The notes under the pieces were generated by a model that worked only from the letters and a program-made list of their open reading frames with translations, was not told the DNA's origin and ran no database searches. The position numbers and the translations under genes are program-made. A stretch of DNA of 64,000 nucleotides from Narcine bancroftii (Eukaryota): positions 187,550,001 through 187,614,000 of the forward strand of contig NC_091473.1 in the NCBI RefSeq assembly GCF_036971445.1, written 5' to 3'. This document shows, one piece after another, positions 48,870 to 60,766 of the stretch; the first letter of the stretch is position 1; every line of letters starts with the position of its first letter.

Positions 48870-49362
48870 CATCTATATTGATGATGTCACACAAGGATCC
48901 CACACCAATCACATTCTCACTGATGATCTCACAGCAAAAATTCCAGCCAATCACATTCTCACTGATGATTTCACAGTAAAAATTCCAGCCAATTACTTTC
49001 ACACTGATGATGTCACTGCAAGGATCCCAGCCAATCACATTCACAATGATGATGTCACAGCAAGGATCTCAGCCAATCACTCAAACACCAATGATGTCAC
49101 AGTAAGGTTCCTGGCCAATTACATCCACACCAATGATGTCACACTAAAGATTCCGGCCAATCACATGAACACCAATGATGTCACAGTAAGTATCCCGGCA
49201 ATAACATTCAAATTGATGATGTCACAGCAAGGTTCCCACCCAATCACATCCACATTAATGATGTCACAGCAAGGTTCCCACCCAATCACATCCACATCAA
49301 TGATGTTACAGCAAGATTCCTGGCCAATCACATCCACATTGATGATGTTACAGCAAGGATTC
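48870..49362. repeat. 42-bp tandem repeat (TGATGATGTCACAGCAAGGATCCCAGCCAATCACATTCACAC)
   Basis: TGATGAT starts at 48879, 48921, 48963, 49005, 49047 and onward; about 12 copies. Confidence 0.92.
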
Positions 49363-52300
49363 TGGATTTGATTGCTGGAATACAGTTGTTCACTCAAACA
49401 TCCCTCTGTTATGACTCTGGGAACCTCATTCCAATCCAACCTACTGTGGATCCCTCTTGTTCCATCTGTCTGGTGAAGTACAGATGTCTGTGTACACTAC
49501 ATCTATCACACCACCCCCATAGACACTCTTAACAGCAGGATCCCAGCACCAGGCTCTGGAACACTGTGTTCACAGGCTTACATTCACTTACCCTTCTCTC
49601 CCCTTCGAACATAATTCAGATCTAGATTGTCAACATGTGCTGAATGCCCACTTGTTGTAACCATTTGGACACTTGCCCTTGGGTACCTTCCTGAAGTCCG
49701 TGTATTTTAAATGTACAATGGTCCTCTTGTGACAGTGCAGAGGGAACGTCACTCTGTGTCTGACCCCGGGAGTGTGTGATAGGATGGTGTGGAGGGAGTT
49801 TCACTCCGTGTTTGACCACGGGAATGTGTGACGGGATGGTGCAGAGGGAGTTTCACCCCTGTGTCTGGCCCTGGGAGTGTGTGACAGGACAATGTGGAGG
49901 GAGCTTCACTCTGATCTCCATCTGTTGGTTTAAATGTGCTTGGATCAGCGTTCCTTTCCTTTCAAAGATCAAACTGCATCAAAGGCGAACTCAAGCAGCC
50001 ACGTGTGTGGCCCAGGATGTGGTCTGCAAACCACAAAGGAAAACAGTCACAACAAGCCCCACAGAGAGACACTTCTGCGCTTGAAGTCTCATTTTCTTTG
50101 CATGTTTAATGAAATAAAAGCAATGTGAGAATTTCCTTTGGAAGTTGGGAAGTTATGCTCCATCCACAAGCGCAGGCCTGTACAGCTTTCACTCATTAAT
50201 TGGGAAAGTGGGCCAATTTAAGGCACACAGAGACACTTGTGTCATTCCAAATGTGATTAAAGTTTCTCTCCATTGAGGATAAATGAGATAAATCTAAGGT
50301 CAGGCCAATGGGATTGTCATATCCATATCTGGGCTGACTATCCAAAACACACAGTGACCCAGGATAGTCACGGAGGAGATCGCTGTGTCAGCACCTGGGG
50401 ATGGTCTGCATTGGGGAGGGGGTGGGGTTTGGTGGCTGGGGGCCCAACTGGGCAAGGAGATTTGGGCTGTGAGGAGAGCGGAGGGGATGATGGGGAGGTA
50501 TCGATGGGAAGCCTCCCTCTATTCTGCTGCTTTGCTTGACCAGACAGTGAGTGGACCTTGGCTGTCTGTGCTCACGGCTGTGCGGCTGAGAACCTGCTAG
50601 GCGAGGTCGGTTCCTTTAATTGCCAGCTACCCCCCCACCACCCCCACCATCTCTGTAACCACCTCCATCCCCTACACGCCTCCCTGTCTCTGTAACCCCT
50701 TCCATTCCCAACACCCCTCCCTATCTCTGTAATCCTCTCCGGTCCCCTACACCCTCCCCCGTTTCTGTAACCTCCTCCAGTCCCCAACCCCTCCCTGTCT
50801 CTGTTACTCCCTCTGGTCCCCTACACCCCTCCCTGACTCTGTGCTCCCCTACACCCTCCCTGTCTCTGTAACCTCCTCTGTTCTCCTACACCCCTCCCTG
50901 TCTCTGTTACCCCCTCTGGTCCCCTATAACCCTCCCTATCCAGCATGTGATCAGGATCTTCTGCCCACACTCTTCCTGCTGAACACCAACACCCCACTTA
51001 CACACATCTTGTTTTTTGTGCTACCTCATTTCCGTCAAATTCCCTCACCTTTGTGTNNNNNNNNNNNNNNNNNNNNNNNNNNNNNNNNNNNNNNNNNNNN
51101 NNNNNNNNNNNNNNNNNNNNNNNNNNNNNNNNNNNNNNNNNNNNNNNNNNNNNNNNNNNNNNNNNNNNNNNNNNNNNNNNNNNNNNNNNNNNNAGACACA
51201 CATGCACAGATAAATACAGACAGACACAGATAAATACACAAACACAGATAAAAACACACACATTCAAACACACAGTTTCACACACAGATTCATTTCAGAC
51301 TGCACACACATATTTTCGTACCTGCACATTCTTGCCTATTCTCACACGCTTGCATACATCACACATCAATACAGTTATACACACTCTCACACATAAACAG
51401 TTGAGTGCACACTCACACACACACTTTCACAACTGCACATTCTTCCCTATTCTCACACCCGCATGCACCCACTCACACCTATAACACACCACTCTCCCTC
51501 TCACACAAACACACTGACACACCCGCTCACTTCCACACCCGGCTGACACCCCTGCCCCTCCACAGAGAACCCATGGCAGTGAGGTGGCATGCCACCTACC
51601 ACTGCCCGTGACCCCCCCTTCCCTACGTGTTGCACCTCTCCACCCTCCTCCCACCCCCATTCCCCCCACAACCCACCAAATGTAAACCACAGAATGCCTT
51701 GGCCTACCTGTGTCCGCGAACCCTTCTGTCAGTTCGAACCTCTTCCTGGTTCCACAGACCGTGCAAAGGAAGCCACAGGGCTGACGCACAGGGCTGACGA
51801 CATCTGCCAAGCTACACCCAACCAGAAAAAATTCCCCCCCCCACCCCCCACAACCACCACCACTTCCAGCAACATTCAGGGCCGATGGCCTGTCTCTTGT
51901 CACTGTGGAAACAGCCAGGCCTCACTGAAGCCCACACAACCCACCCTTCCTCTCGAGATCAAAATCTCAGCCGAATTTTGCTCAACTCTGCAAATAATGT
52001 TAGCATGCAACGTTATCTGACCTCCCCGGGTTCTTGCCGAGATCCCGAGGGGGTCACGAGGTTACCATTCGCTCTGGGCATATCAACTTCAGTGAGAAAA
52101 GGAAGACCTCCCTGCACTCTTATCTTGCTCAATATTCTACGATTCTGCTTCAGTTTAGTTTATAATTGTGCATTGGGAAACAAGAAAGGCTTGGTGAAAG
52201 CCTAAAATGGAAGGTCACGGTGGGGAGGGGGTTAAAAAAAAAAGCCTGGGCCTTTTCCTTGAGGGATGCACGAATGGGATTCCTAGAAGTGGTCGGTAGT

Positions 52301-52814
52301 CTCCTGTGCAGGGGAGGCAGCGGGTTAAGAGGAGATTTAGTGAGGGCATGCAGAGCCTTTTGCAGAGTTGGAGAATCAGTAACCAGAGGTTTAAGGGGGG
52401 GAAGGGGGAGAGATTTATCAGGTATGCGAGGGGTAACTTTTATAAAAAACCACAGAAGGTGGTGGGTGTATGGAACGGGCTATGGGAGGAGGGGGGATGA
52501 GGCAGAGACTTTTGCTTCATTCTGTGTCTGACCCCGGGAGTGTGTGATGGGACAGTGCAGAGGGAGCTTCACTCTGTGTTGACCCCGGGAGTATGTGATG
52601 GGATGGCGTAAAGGGAGCTTCGCCATGTGTCTGACCCCGGGGGTGTGTGACGGGATGGTGCAGAGGGAGCTTCACTCTGTGAATATATTCCAGTGCTACC
52701 CAGTGGATTGAGGGTTACACATTTTGAGTCTTCCAGTGAGGAGGATCCAGATGTCTCTCTCTCCACAAGTCTCGTTAATTTATTCTTATATCAAAATCGC
52801 TTGATTCCTTTTTC

Positions 52815-55800
52815 TTTTCTTTTTTTTAAATTTTTTATTTTTCACACCATAAATCACATTAACCATGATACACACTTTTTCCTTTTCACACATATACAGT
52901 GCCCATTTTCTCCCCCCCCCCCCCCACCTCCCTCCTCCCATCCCACCCTTCCTACATCCCCCCTCCCGTCCATTTAAGGTACAAAATCTAGGATACATTA
53001 AACCAGTCAGACAATGTTGTCATTCAATAAAAATACACCAGAAATTCCACTGAGTCCATTCTTTTCATTTCCTTTTCCTTCCGTTAACTTAGGTAGTGAT
53101 TGTCCCCGGTAGGTTTTCGTAAGGCTTCCATATTTGTTCGAATATTTCAATATTATTTCTTAAACTATATGTTATTTTTTCTAATGGAATACATTTATTC
53201 ATTTCTATATACCATTGTTGTATTTTCAAATTATCTTCCAATTTCCAGGTTGACATAATACATTTTTTTGCTACGGCTAGAGCTATCTTAACAAATCTTT
53301 TTTGTGCATCCTCCAAATCAATTCCAAATTCTTTGTTTTTTATGTTACTTAGGAGAAAGATCTCTGGATTCTTTGGTATATTGTTTTCTGTTATTTTATT
53401 TAATATCTGATTGAGATCTTCCCAAAATTTTTCTACTTTCTCACATGTCCAGATTGCATGAATTGTTGTTCCCATTTCTTTTTTACATCGAAAACATCTA
53501 TCAGATACTGTTGGGTCCCATTTATTTAACTTTTGAGGTGTAATGTATAGCCTGTGTATCCAGTTATATTGTATCATACGTAACCTCGTATTTATTGTAT
53601 TTCTCATCGTTCCAGAGCATAACTTCTCCCATGTTTCCTTTTTTATCTTTATATTTAAATCTTGTTCCCATTTTTGTTTAGTTTTACCATTTGTTTCCTC
53701 ATTCTCCTTTTCTTGCAGTTTAATATACATATTTGTTATAAATCTTTTGATTATCATTGTATCTGTAATCACATATTCAAAGTTACTTCCATCCAGCAAA
53801 CTCAAACTGCTTCCTAATTTATCCTTCAAGTAGGATCTCAATTGGTAATATGCCAGCGCTGTATCTTGAGTTATATTGTATTTATCTTTCATTTGTTCAA
53901 AGGATAATAATCTATTTCCTGAAAAACAATTTTCTATTCTTTTAATCCCTTTTTTCTCCCATTCTCTAAAGGAAAGGTTATCTATTGTAAAAGGGAGTAA
54001 CTTGTTTTGCGTCAATATTAGTTTTGGTAATTGATAATTTGTTTTATTTCTTTCTACATGAATCTTCTTCCAAATATTGAGTAGATGATGTAATACTGGA
54101 GAACTTCTATGTTGTACCAATTTTTCATCCCATTTATATAATATGTGTTCAGGTATCTTTTCCCCTATTTTATCTAATTCTAATCTAGTCCAATCTGGCT
54201 TTTCCCTTGTTTGATAAAAATCTGATAGGTATCTTAATTGTGCGGCTCTATAATAATTTTTAAAGTTTGGCAGTTGTAAGCCTCCTTGTTTATACCATTC
54301 TGTTAATTTATCTAGTGCTATCCTCGGTTTCCCCCCTTTCCATAAAAATTTCCTTATTATTTTCTTTAACTCCTTGAAGAATTTCTCTGTCAAGTGTATT
54401 GGCAATGCCTGAAATAGGTATAATATCCTTGGAAAAATGTTCATTTTAATGCAGTTTATCCTTCCTATTAGTGTTAGTGGTAAATCTTTCCAATGCTCTA
54501 AATCGTCCTGTAATTTTTTCATTAGTGGATAATAATTGAGTTTATATAGTTGGCCGAGATTTTTATTTATTTGTACACCTAGGTATCTTATTGCTTGCAT
54601 TTGCCATCTAAATGGTGATTCCTTCTTAAATTTTGAGAAATCCGCATTATTCATAGGCATTGCTTCACTTTTATTTACGTTGATCTTGTAACCCGACGCT
54701 TCTCCATATTCCTTCAATTTCTTATATAATTCTTTTATTGATAGTTCTGGTTCTGTTAAGTATACTATAACATCATCCGCAAATAAACTGATTTTATATT
54801 CCTTGTCTTTTATTTTTATCCCTTTTATATTATTTTCTGTTCTTATCTATTCTGCTAGTGGTTCTATAGCTAACGCAAACAATAAAGGTGATAGTGGGCA
54901 TCCCTGCCGTGTTGACCTGCTTTAAGTTAAATTGCTTTGATACATGTCCATTTACTGTCACTTTCGCTAATGGTCCCTTATATAATGCTTTAATCCAATT
55001 AATATACTTCTCCGGTAAACTAAATTTTTGCAATACTTTGAACAAATAATTCCATTCTACTCTGTCAAAGGCCTTCTCTGCGTCTAAAGCAACTGCTACT
55101 GTTGGTGCTTTATTCCCTTCTACTGCATGAATTAAGTTAATAAATTTACAAATATTGTCTGTTGTGCGTCTTTTTTTGATAAATCCAGTTTGGTCTAGAT
55201 TTACCATTTTCGGTACATACTTTGCTAATCTGCTTGCTAATAGTTTAGCTATTATCTTATAATCTGTGTTAAGTAAAGATATTGGTCTATATGACGCTGG
55301 TGTGAGTGGATCTTTCCCTTGCTTTAGAATTACTGTAATTATTGCTGTTTTACATGAATCTGGTAAGCTTTGTGTTTTATCAATCTGGTTGATTACTTCC
55401 AGGAGGGGCGGAATTAATAAGTCTTTAAATGTTTTATAGAATTCTATTGGGAATTCATCCTCTCCTGGTGTCTTATTATTTGGTAATTTTTTTATTATCT
55501 CTTGTATTTCTACTATTCCAAATGACTCTGTTAATTTATTTTGTTCCTCTATTTGTAGTTTTGGTAGTTCAATTTTAGTTAGAAATTCATCTATTTTCCC
55601 TTCTTTCCCTTCGTTTTCAGTTCGGTATAATTGTTCATAGAATTCTCTAAAGTTTTCCTTAATTTCTTTTGGATTATATGTAATTTGTTTGTCTTTTTTC
55701 CTTGATGCCAATACCATTTTCTTAGCTTGTTCTGTCTTAAGCTGCCATGCTAGGATTTTGTGCGTTTTTTCACCTAGTTCATAATATTTCTGTTTTGTCT

Positions 55801-55908
55801 TCATTATATTCTTCTCCACCTTATATGTTTGTAGTGTTTCATATTTTATTTTTTTATCTGCCAATTCTCTTCTTTTAGTTGTATCTTCCTTCATTGCTAA
55901 TTCTTTTT
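52815..55908 (-). mobile_element. Young 5'-truncated L1-clade LINE (ORF2 RT and C-terminus, 3'UTR, A-rich tail)
   Basis: YRPISLLNTDYKIIAK, DAEKAFDRVEW, FADD and C-terminal CFRC...HAIWTC motifs. One frameshift (about 54922) and one stop (about 54848). TSD CTTGATTCCTTTTTC at 52800-52814 and 55909-55923. Confidence 0.95.
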
Positions 55909-57025
55909 CTTGATTCCTTTTTCAATGCATAATCCTCATTTGAAAGAATGGGACTTAAAGGGTTTGGCATTAATTAAGATTGCTTTGATGGTGGTTTATT
56001 TCTTTCATTTGATAGGGAGAAGTTTGGGATATCACAAAATACATTGTTTGCATTTTATCAAGTACGTGATTTTTTAATGAATAAAATTGGTCGAGAAATG
56101 ATATTACCAACACAATTTAAGTTTGAAATATTGGTTATGGACAAGGGAAAGAAAGGGTTTGTTTCTGAAATTTAATCGATGTTACAGTCAAAAATGAAGA
56201 AGGTAGGTGTGTGGCGAGTAAGAGATAAATGGGAACAGCAGTTAGCTACGTTTATTCCTGAGGAGGAATGGTCTGACTTACGTTTATATAGTGTTACAAA
56301 ATTAGTTAATGTGCGTTATAGTTTAGTTAATTATAATTTTTTACATCAGTTATATATAACTCCTGAAATGTTAAAAAGGTATGGTTTTAAAGATTCTGCC
56401 TTGTGTTTTAGGTGTGAGATCAGATAGGTACTTTTGTACATTCTGTGTGGAATTGTCCAAAGGTTAAACCTTTTTGGAAAAAGATTATTAAATTTTTGCG
56501 AGATTTATTTCAAATAGATTTATATGTGGATCCATGGCTGTGTTTACTTGGATATATGAATCCATTAACAGTATGTTTGGATAAATATTGGATTGCATTT
56601 ATTCGATTGAGTTTGGCAGTAGCTAGGAAGTGTATAGCGGTAACTTGGAAAAATGATGTAGAGTTGAGCATACAGAGGAGGCATAATGATATTCAATCAT
56701 GCTTACTTTTAGAGAAAATTACATATAATTTGAGAAATAGTTATTCCTTTTTTGAAAAAAATGTTGACCCCCATATTTGAAATGTATGAATTTGAATGTG
56801 TACATTTTTCTTTTAATATTTTTGTTTGAATTGTTGAAATGATGTATTGTAATCTAACCCACTTTATTTGTTTGTTTCAATATTTTTTTGTGTGTATATT
56901 AAACTTCGGGGGGGGGGGAGAGGGGATAGTAAGGGATGGGATTGTGGGTTGGTGAGTGGGGGTTATGGGGAGTAATTTAGAAGGGTTTTCTATGTTGTAA
57001 ATTTTTAAATAAACTTTAAAAAAAA
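55909..57025 (+). mobile_element. Older degenerate L1-clade LINE 3' part (host of the nested L1; left stub at about 52770-52814)
   Basis: VNYNFLHQLYITPEMLK...CFRCE, WNCPKVKPFW, LAVARKCIAVTWK, LLEKITYNLRN; AATAAA plus A-run at about 57008-57025. Confidence 0.88.
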
Positions 57026-57059
57026 GAGACAGGGAGTGGTGTAGGGGACCGGAGGGGGT

Positions 57060-57715
57060 TATAGAGACAGGGAGGGGTGTAGGGGGTTACAGAGATGGGG
57101 AGGGGAGTAGTAGGGGTTTGTGGGTGTATATGGGGCATGTGAGTGGGATGTTGGGGTTGTGGGGGTATATGGGGGGTGTGAGGGATTTGTTGGGGTATAT
57201 GGGGACTGTGAGGGAGATGTGGGAGTATATGGGGTGAGGGGATGTGGGGTATATGGGGGATGTGAGGGTATATAGGGGTGTGTGAAGGGGATGTGGGGCA
57301 GTTGTTGGGGGGATGTGGGGGTATATGAGGGGGTGTGAGGGGTATGTGGGGGGTTGTGGGGGTATATGGGTGTGTGTGAGGGGGATCTGGGAGTATATGG
57401 GATGTGTGAGGGGATGTGGGGGTATATGGGGGTGTGTGAGGGGGATGTGAGGATATATGGGGGGTGTGAGGGGATGTGGGGGTATGTGGGGGGTATTGTT
57501 AGGGGTATATAGGGTGATGTGGGCTGTGTGTGAGGAGCATGTGGGGGTATATAGGGGGCTGTGAGGGAGATGTAGGGGTATATGGGGTGTGTGAAGGGAT
57601 GTGGGGGAAAATGGTGGGGTGTGAGGGAGATGTGGGGGGGTTGCGGGGGTACATGGGGGTGGGAGAAGGGGATGTGTGAGGAGGATGTGGGGGCATGTAG
57701 TGGGGGGGGTAGATG
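57060..57715. repeat. Degenerate G-rich tandem repeat (GGGGGTATATGGGGG...GTGAGGGGATGT)
   Basis: Visible directly, downstream of the cyclase stop codon. Confidence 0.85.
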
Positions 57716-57796
57716 TAACAGGCCTGGGAGCAGGTCCAAGCCGCCTATCCCTTCCCGCACGCTGCGTTGCCACAGCAACCAGAGCCTGAGGCTATG

Positions 57797-58049
57797 TCAC
57801 ACCAGCACACAGGTGACGCTTCCGAGTCGGACGCGGGGGGCATGCGACGTGGGGGCGGCTCGTTCTCCCGGCTGGGCGGGCGGCACTGTTGCCGTGGCGA
57901 TGCCAGGTGGGGGCAGGGCCTGCTTGACCCTCCGGCCGTGGCTCCTCCTCCTCAGCTCCCGGAAATCCTGCGACCCCTCGTAGGAGCTGCCGCTGGCTAG
58001 GCAGTCTTCCCCACTGTCTGTGTCCCTGGGGGAGTCCCTCGGGCTCCGG
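57797..58049 (-). CDS. Guanylate-cyclase-like gene, terminal exon ending in CaaX (CVLV*)
   Basis: CAG acceptor at 58050-58052 after a long pyrimidine tract; phase 2 joins the previous exon; 253 nt open frame RSPRDSPRDTDSGEDCLASGSSYEGSQDFRELRRR...RLGSVTCVLV*. Confidence 0.7.
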
Positions 58050-59936
58050 CTGGTTGGAGGTGGGGTGGGGAAGGGAGATGTGAGGGAAGGGGAGGGTGGA
58101 GGGAAAGGTAGGGGGAGGGAAGGGGAGGGTGGAGGAGGGAGAGGTAGGGGAGGGGGTGTGAGGAAGGGGAGGGGTTGTGAGGGAAGGGGAGGGTAGAGGG
58201 AAGTGGAGTGGTGGAGGGGAATGGGTTACAGGGGATTGTGGGATGGGTTGGAAGGGGAAGAAAGGGGAGGCAGGAGAGGAGGGGTGAAGAAGAGGGGTAG
58301 AGAGGGATGGGTGAGAGGGAGGGGTTGACGGGTTGTGGGAGGGGTTGGAAAGGGGAGGCAGGAGGAGGGGTGAGGAAGAGGGGAGTGAGTGAGGGGTAGG
58401 GGAGAGAGACAGGGAGGAAGAGGGGAGAGAGTGAGGGTAGGTGGAGAGATGGAAGGGGAGGAAGAGGGGAGGGAATAAAGAGAGGGGTAGGGGAGAGAGG
58501 GGTGAGGGGGTAAAAGAGGGGTAGTGGAGAAAGTGAGGCGTAGGGAGGGAGAGGGAGCAGGGAGGAAAAGGAGGAGTGGCAGAGAGGGGGTAGAGGAGGA
58601 CGGGGGAGTAATGGTGGTTGAAGGGGAGAAAGAGGAAAGGGGAGGGAGAATCATCAATGCAGGTCCTGCCCATCCCCCTCCTTCCCCTCGTCCCCCTTCC
58701 CCCTCAACCTCCTCCCCCTCAACCCCCTCCCCCTCAACCCCCTCCCCCTCAACCCCCTCCCCCTCAACCCCCTCCCCCTCATCCCCCTCAACCCCTCCCC
58801 CCTTGTCCCCCTCAACTCCCTCCCCCTCATTTACTTCACCCTCCTCCCCCTCATTCACTTCATCCCCTCCCCCTCATTCACTTCACTCCCCTCTCTTTGA
58901 CCCCTTCCAAACCTTCCCCCCTCTTGCCCCTCTCCTTGACCTTCTTGTCCCCTATCTCTTATCTCCTCCCTGTTGTCCCCTTCGCCTCACCCTGTTCCCA
59001 TCCCCTCCCCTGGGGAGGAGAATTATCAAACCATCCCCAGACCATAGCCACCCACCCCTAAAACATCGAGGTGAAGATGGGGAGAGAGGTGAGGAGAGAA
59101 AGAAAGAGAGAATAAAGGGAGGGAAGAAGTTGAGAGGGTAGATTGATGAGAAGAGATAGAATGGAGAGGGGGGGCAGGGAAAGAGTGGGAGAATGGAATG
59201 GGGAAGGATCGTGGAGGCAGGGAAGTGGGAGAATGGAAATAGAGGGGAGGGAGAGGCAAAAAGGAGAGAGAGAGTGGAGGGGAGAGGAGGGAGGGAGAGG
59301 AGTGGGGAAAGAGAGAGGGGACTGAGGATCGACAGAAAGGTGGAGAGAGTGGAGAGGAGAGCGGAGAGGGAGGAGGTGGGGAGGGAGAGGGTGTTGAGGG
59401 TGGAGGGAAGGATAGAGGGACAGGATGGAGGGAGATGGAGAGAAGGTGTGAGGGAGAGGGAAGAGATGGGGAGGGGGATGGTGTTGGAGTGGGGAAGGAC
59501 TGAGAGGAAAGAGAAAAGGTGTGAGAGAGTGGAGGGAGGGAGAGGGGAAGGACAGAGAGCGGACTGAGAGGATAGAGAGAGGGGTGAAGGAGAGAGGGTG
59601 CAAAAGAGAATGGAGGGAGGATGGAGAGGGGGATAGAAAGGTATGGAAGAAAGGGAGGAGGGGGATGTAGGTTGGAGGGAGTGGGGACAGCGAGTCCGGT
59701 AGAGTGAGGGATAGAGATTTGGGGGTGTGGAGAGAGAGAGTTGGAGGGATAAGGAGGAAGGGGAGAATGAGAGAGTTCTCGTCCTGGTGAGCAGGGTTGG
59801 GGACAGGATTGGATTAAATCTTGGTGGGGGGGGGGAGTGGGTCAGTGGGCAGTCTTTTGGGAGAGAATTGAGGAGGAATCATCCCAATGAGTGGAGGGAC
59901 CTAATAGCCTAGCCAGTTTTCCTGGGGACACCTTAC

Positions 59937-60040
59937 CTGGACATACTGCCTTCCTTCAGCTCACTGCTGTACTCCATGGAACCCTTAAAGCCTGGGCTCC
60001 TCTTCCCTTTCAACCAGTATGTCTTCATGTATCCTTTGCC
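59937..60040 (-). CDS. Guanylate-cyclase-like gene, penultimate exon (end of class III cyclase catalytic domain)
   Basis: Pyrimidine tract plus AAG acceptor, GKGYMKTYWLKGKRSPGFKGSMEYSSELKEGSMS(S), GTAAGG donor. (K)GKGxMxTYWL closes guanylate cyclase catalytic domains. The upstream exons are outside the window. Confidence 0.8.
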
Positions 60041-60272
60041 CTTGGGGGAGAGAGGAGTAAACATTGAGACGCGGTGATTGAAGGCCGGAGAAACTCAGCA
60101 GGTCGCACAGTGAGAGCCTGCAGTTTCCTAACATCGACCCTATTTAGGAATGTCAAGGAACCATCATTTCGGGCTTGAGCCCTTCACCGAGGGATGACAG
60201 TAGGGAGAGGGATTTATCCATTCAGCTACATTTTCCTCATTCCTTGATGAAGGGCTTAAATGTTGGTCTTTA

Positions 60273-60766
60273 GGCCCCTTTTACGCTTGCAATCGTAAAA
60301 TCGGCTGTCCGATGTCCTGGGATAAGGATGGCGTTTTCTCGCATCTTCATGCTTGACCACAACCCTGTTACTTCCCATGCAGGTACCAGCCTCTCAACAC
60401 ATTCTACGGGGAGAATCCCGTGTAACTGCATCAATCCCCCAGTTTGAAAGATTGGCCACTATTTACAGAAAGCCGTGAACATCGCCAGGGACTCAGTGAC
60501 ATTTATACCCTCATTTTAATTTTCCTTCACGTTACCTGCACTCATGCAAAAACGTGGATCATTTCAGTCCCGCAATCACCCCATTCCACACTTGCCCGAT
60601 TGCAACACCGGCCTCTGCAGATGCCAGGGATTGTACTAGGGGCTGAGGGCGTCAATCCCCGGCATGAGATGACGTCACCTGACGCCACCGTTGAGAGGAT
60701 TTTCCTTTCACACCAGACCCTTTTTAGCCCAAATAGCCGTTAATTCCTGCAAGTGTGAATGGGGCT
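60273..60766. mobile_element. PIF/Harbinger-like MITE
   Basis: TIRs GGCCCCTTTTACGCTTGCA / TGCAAGTGTGAATGGGGCT with TTA on both flanks. Confidence 0.75.
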
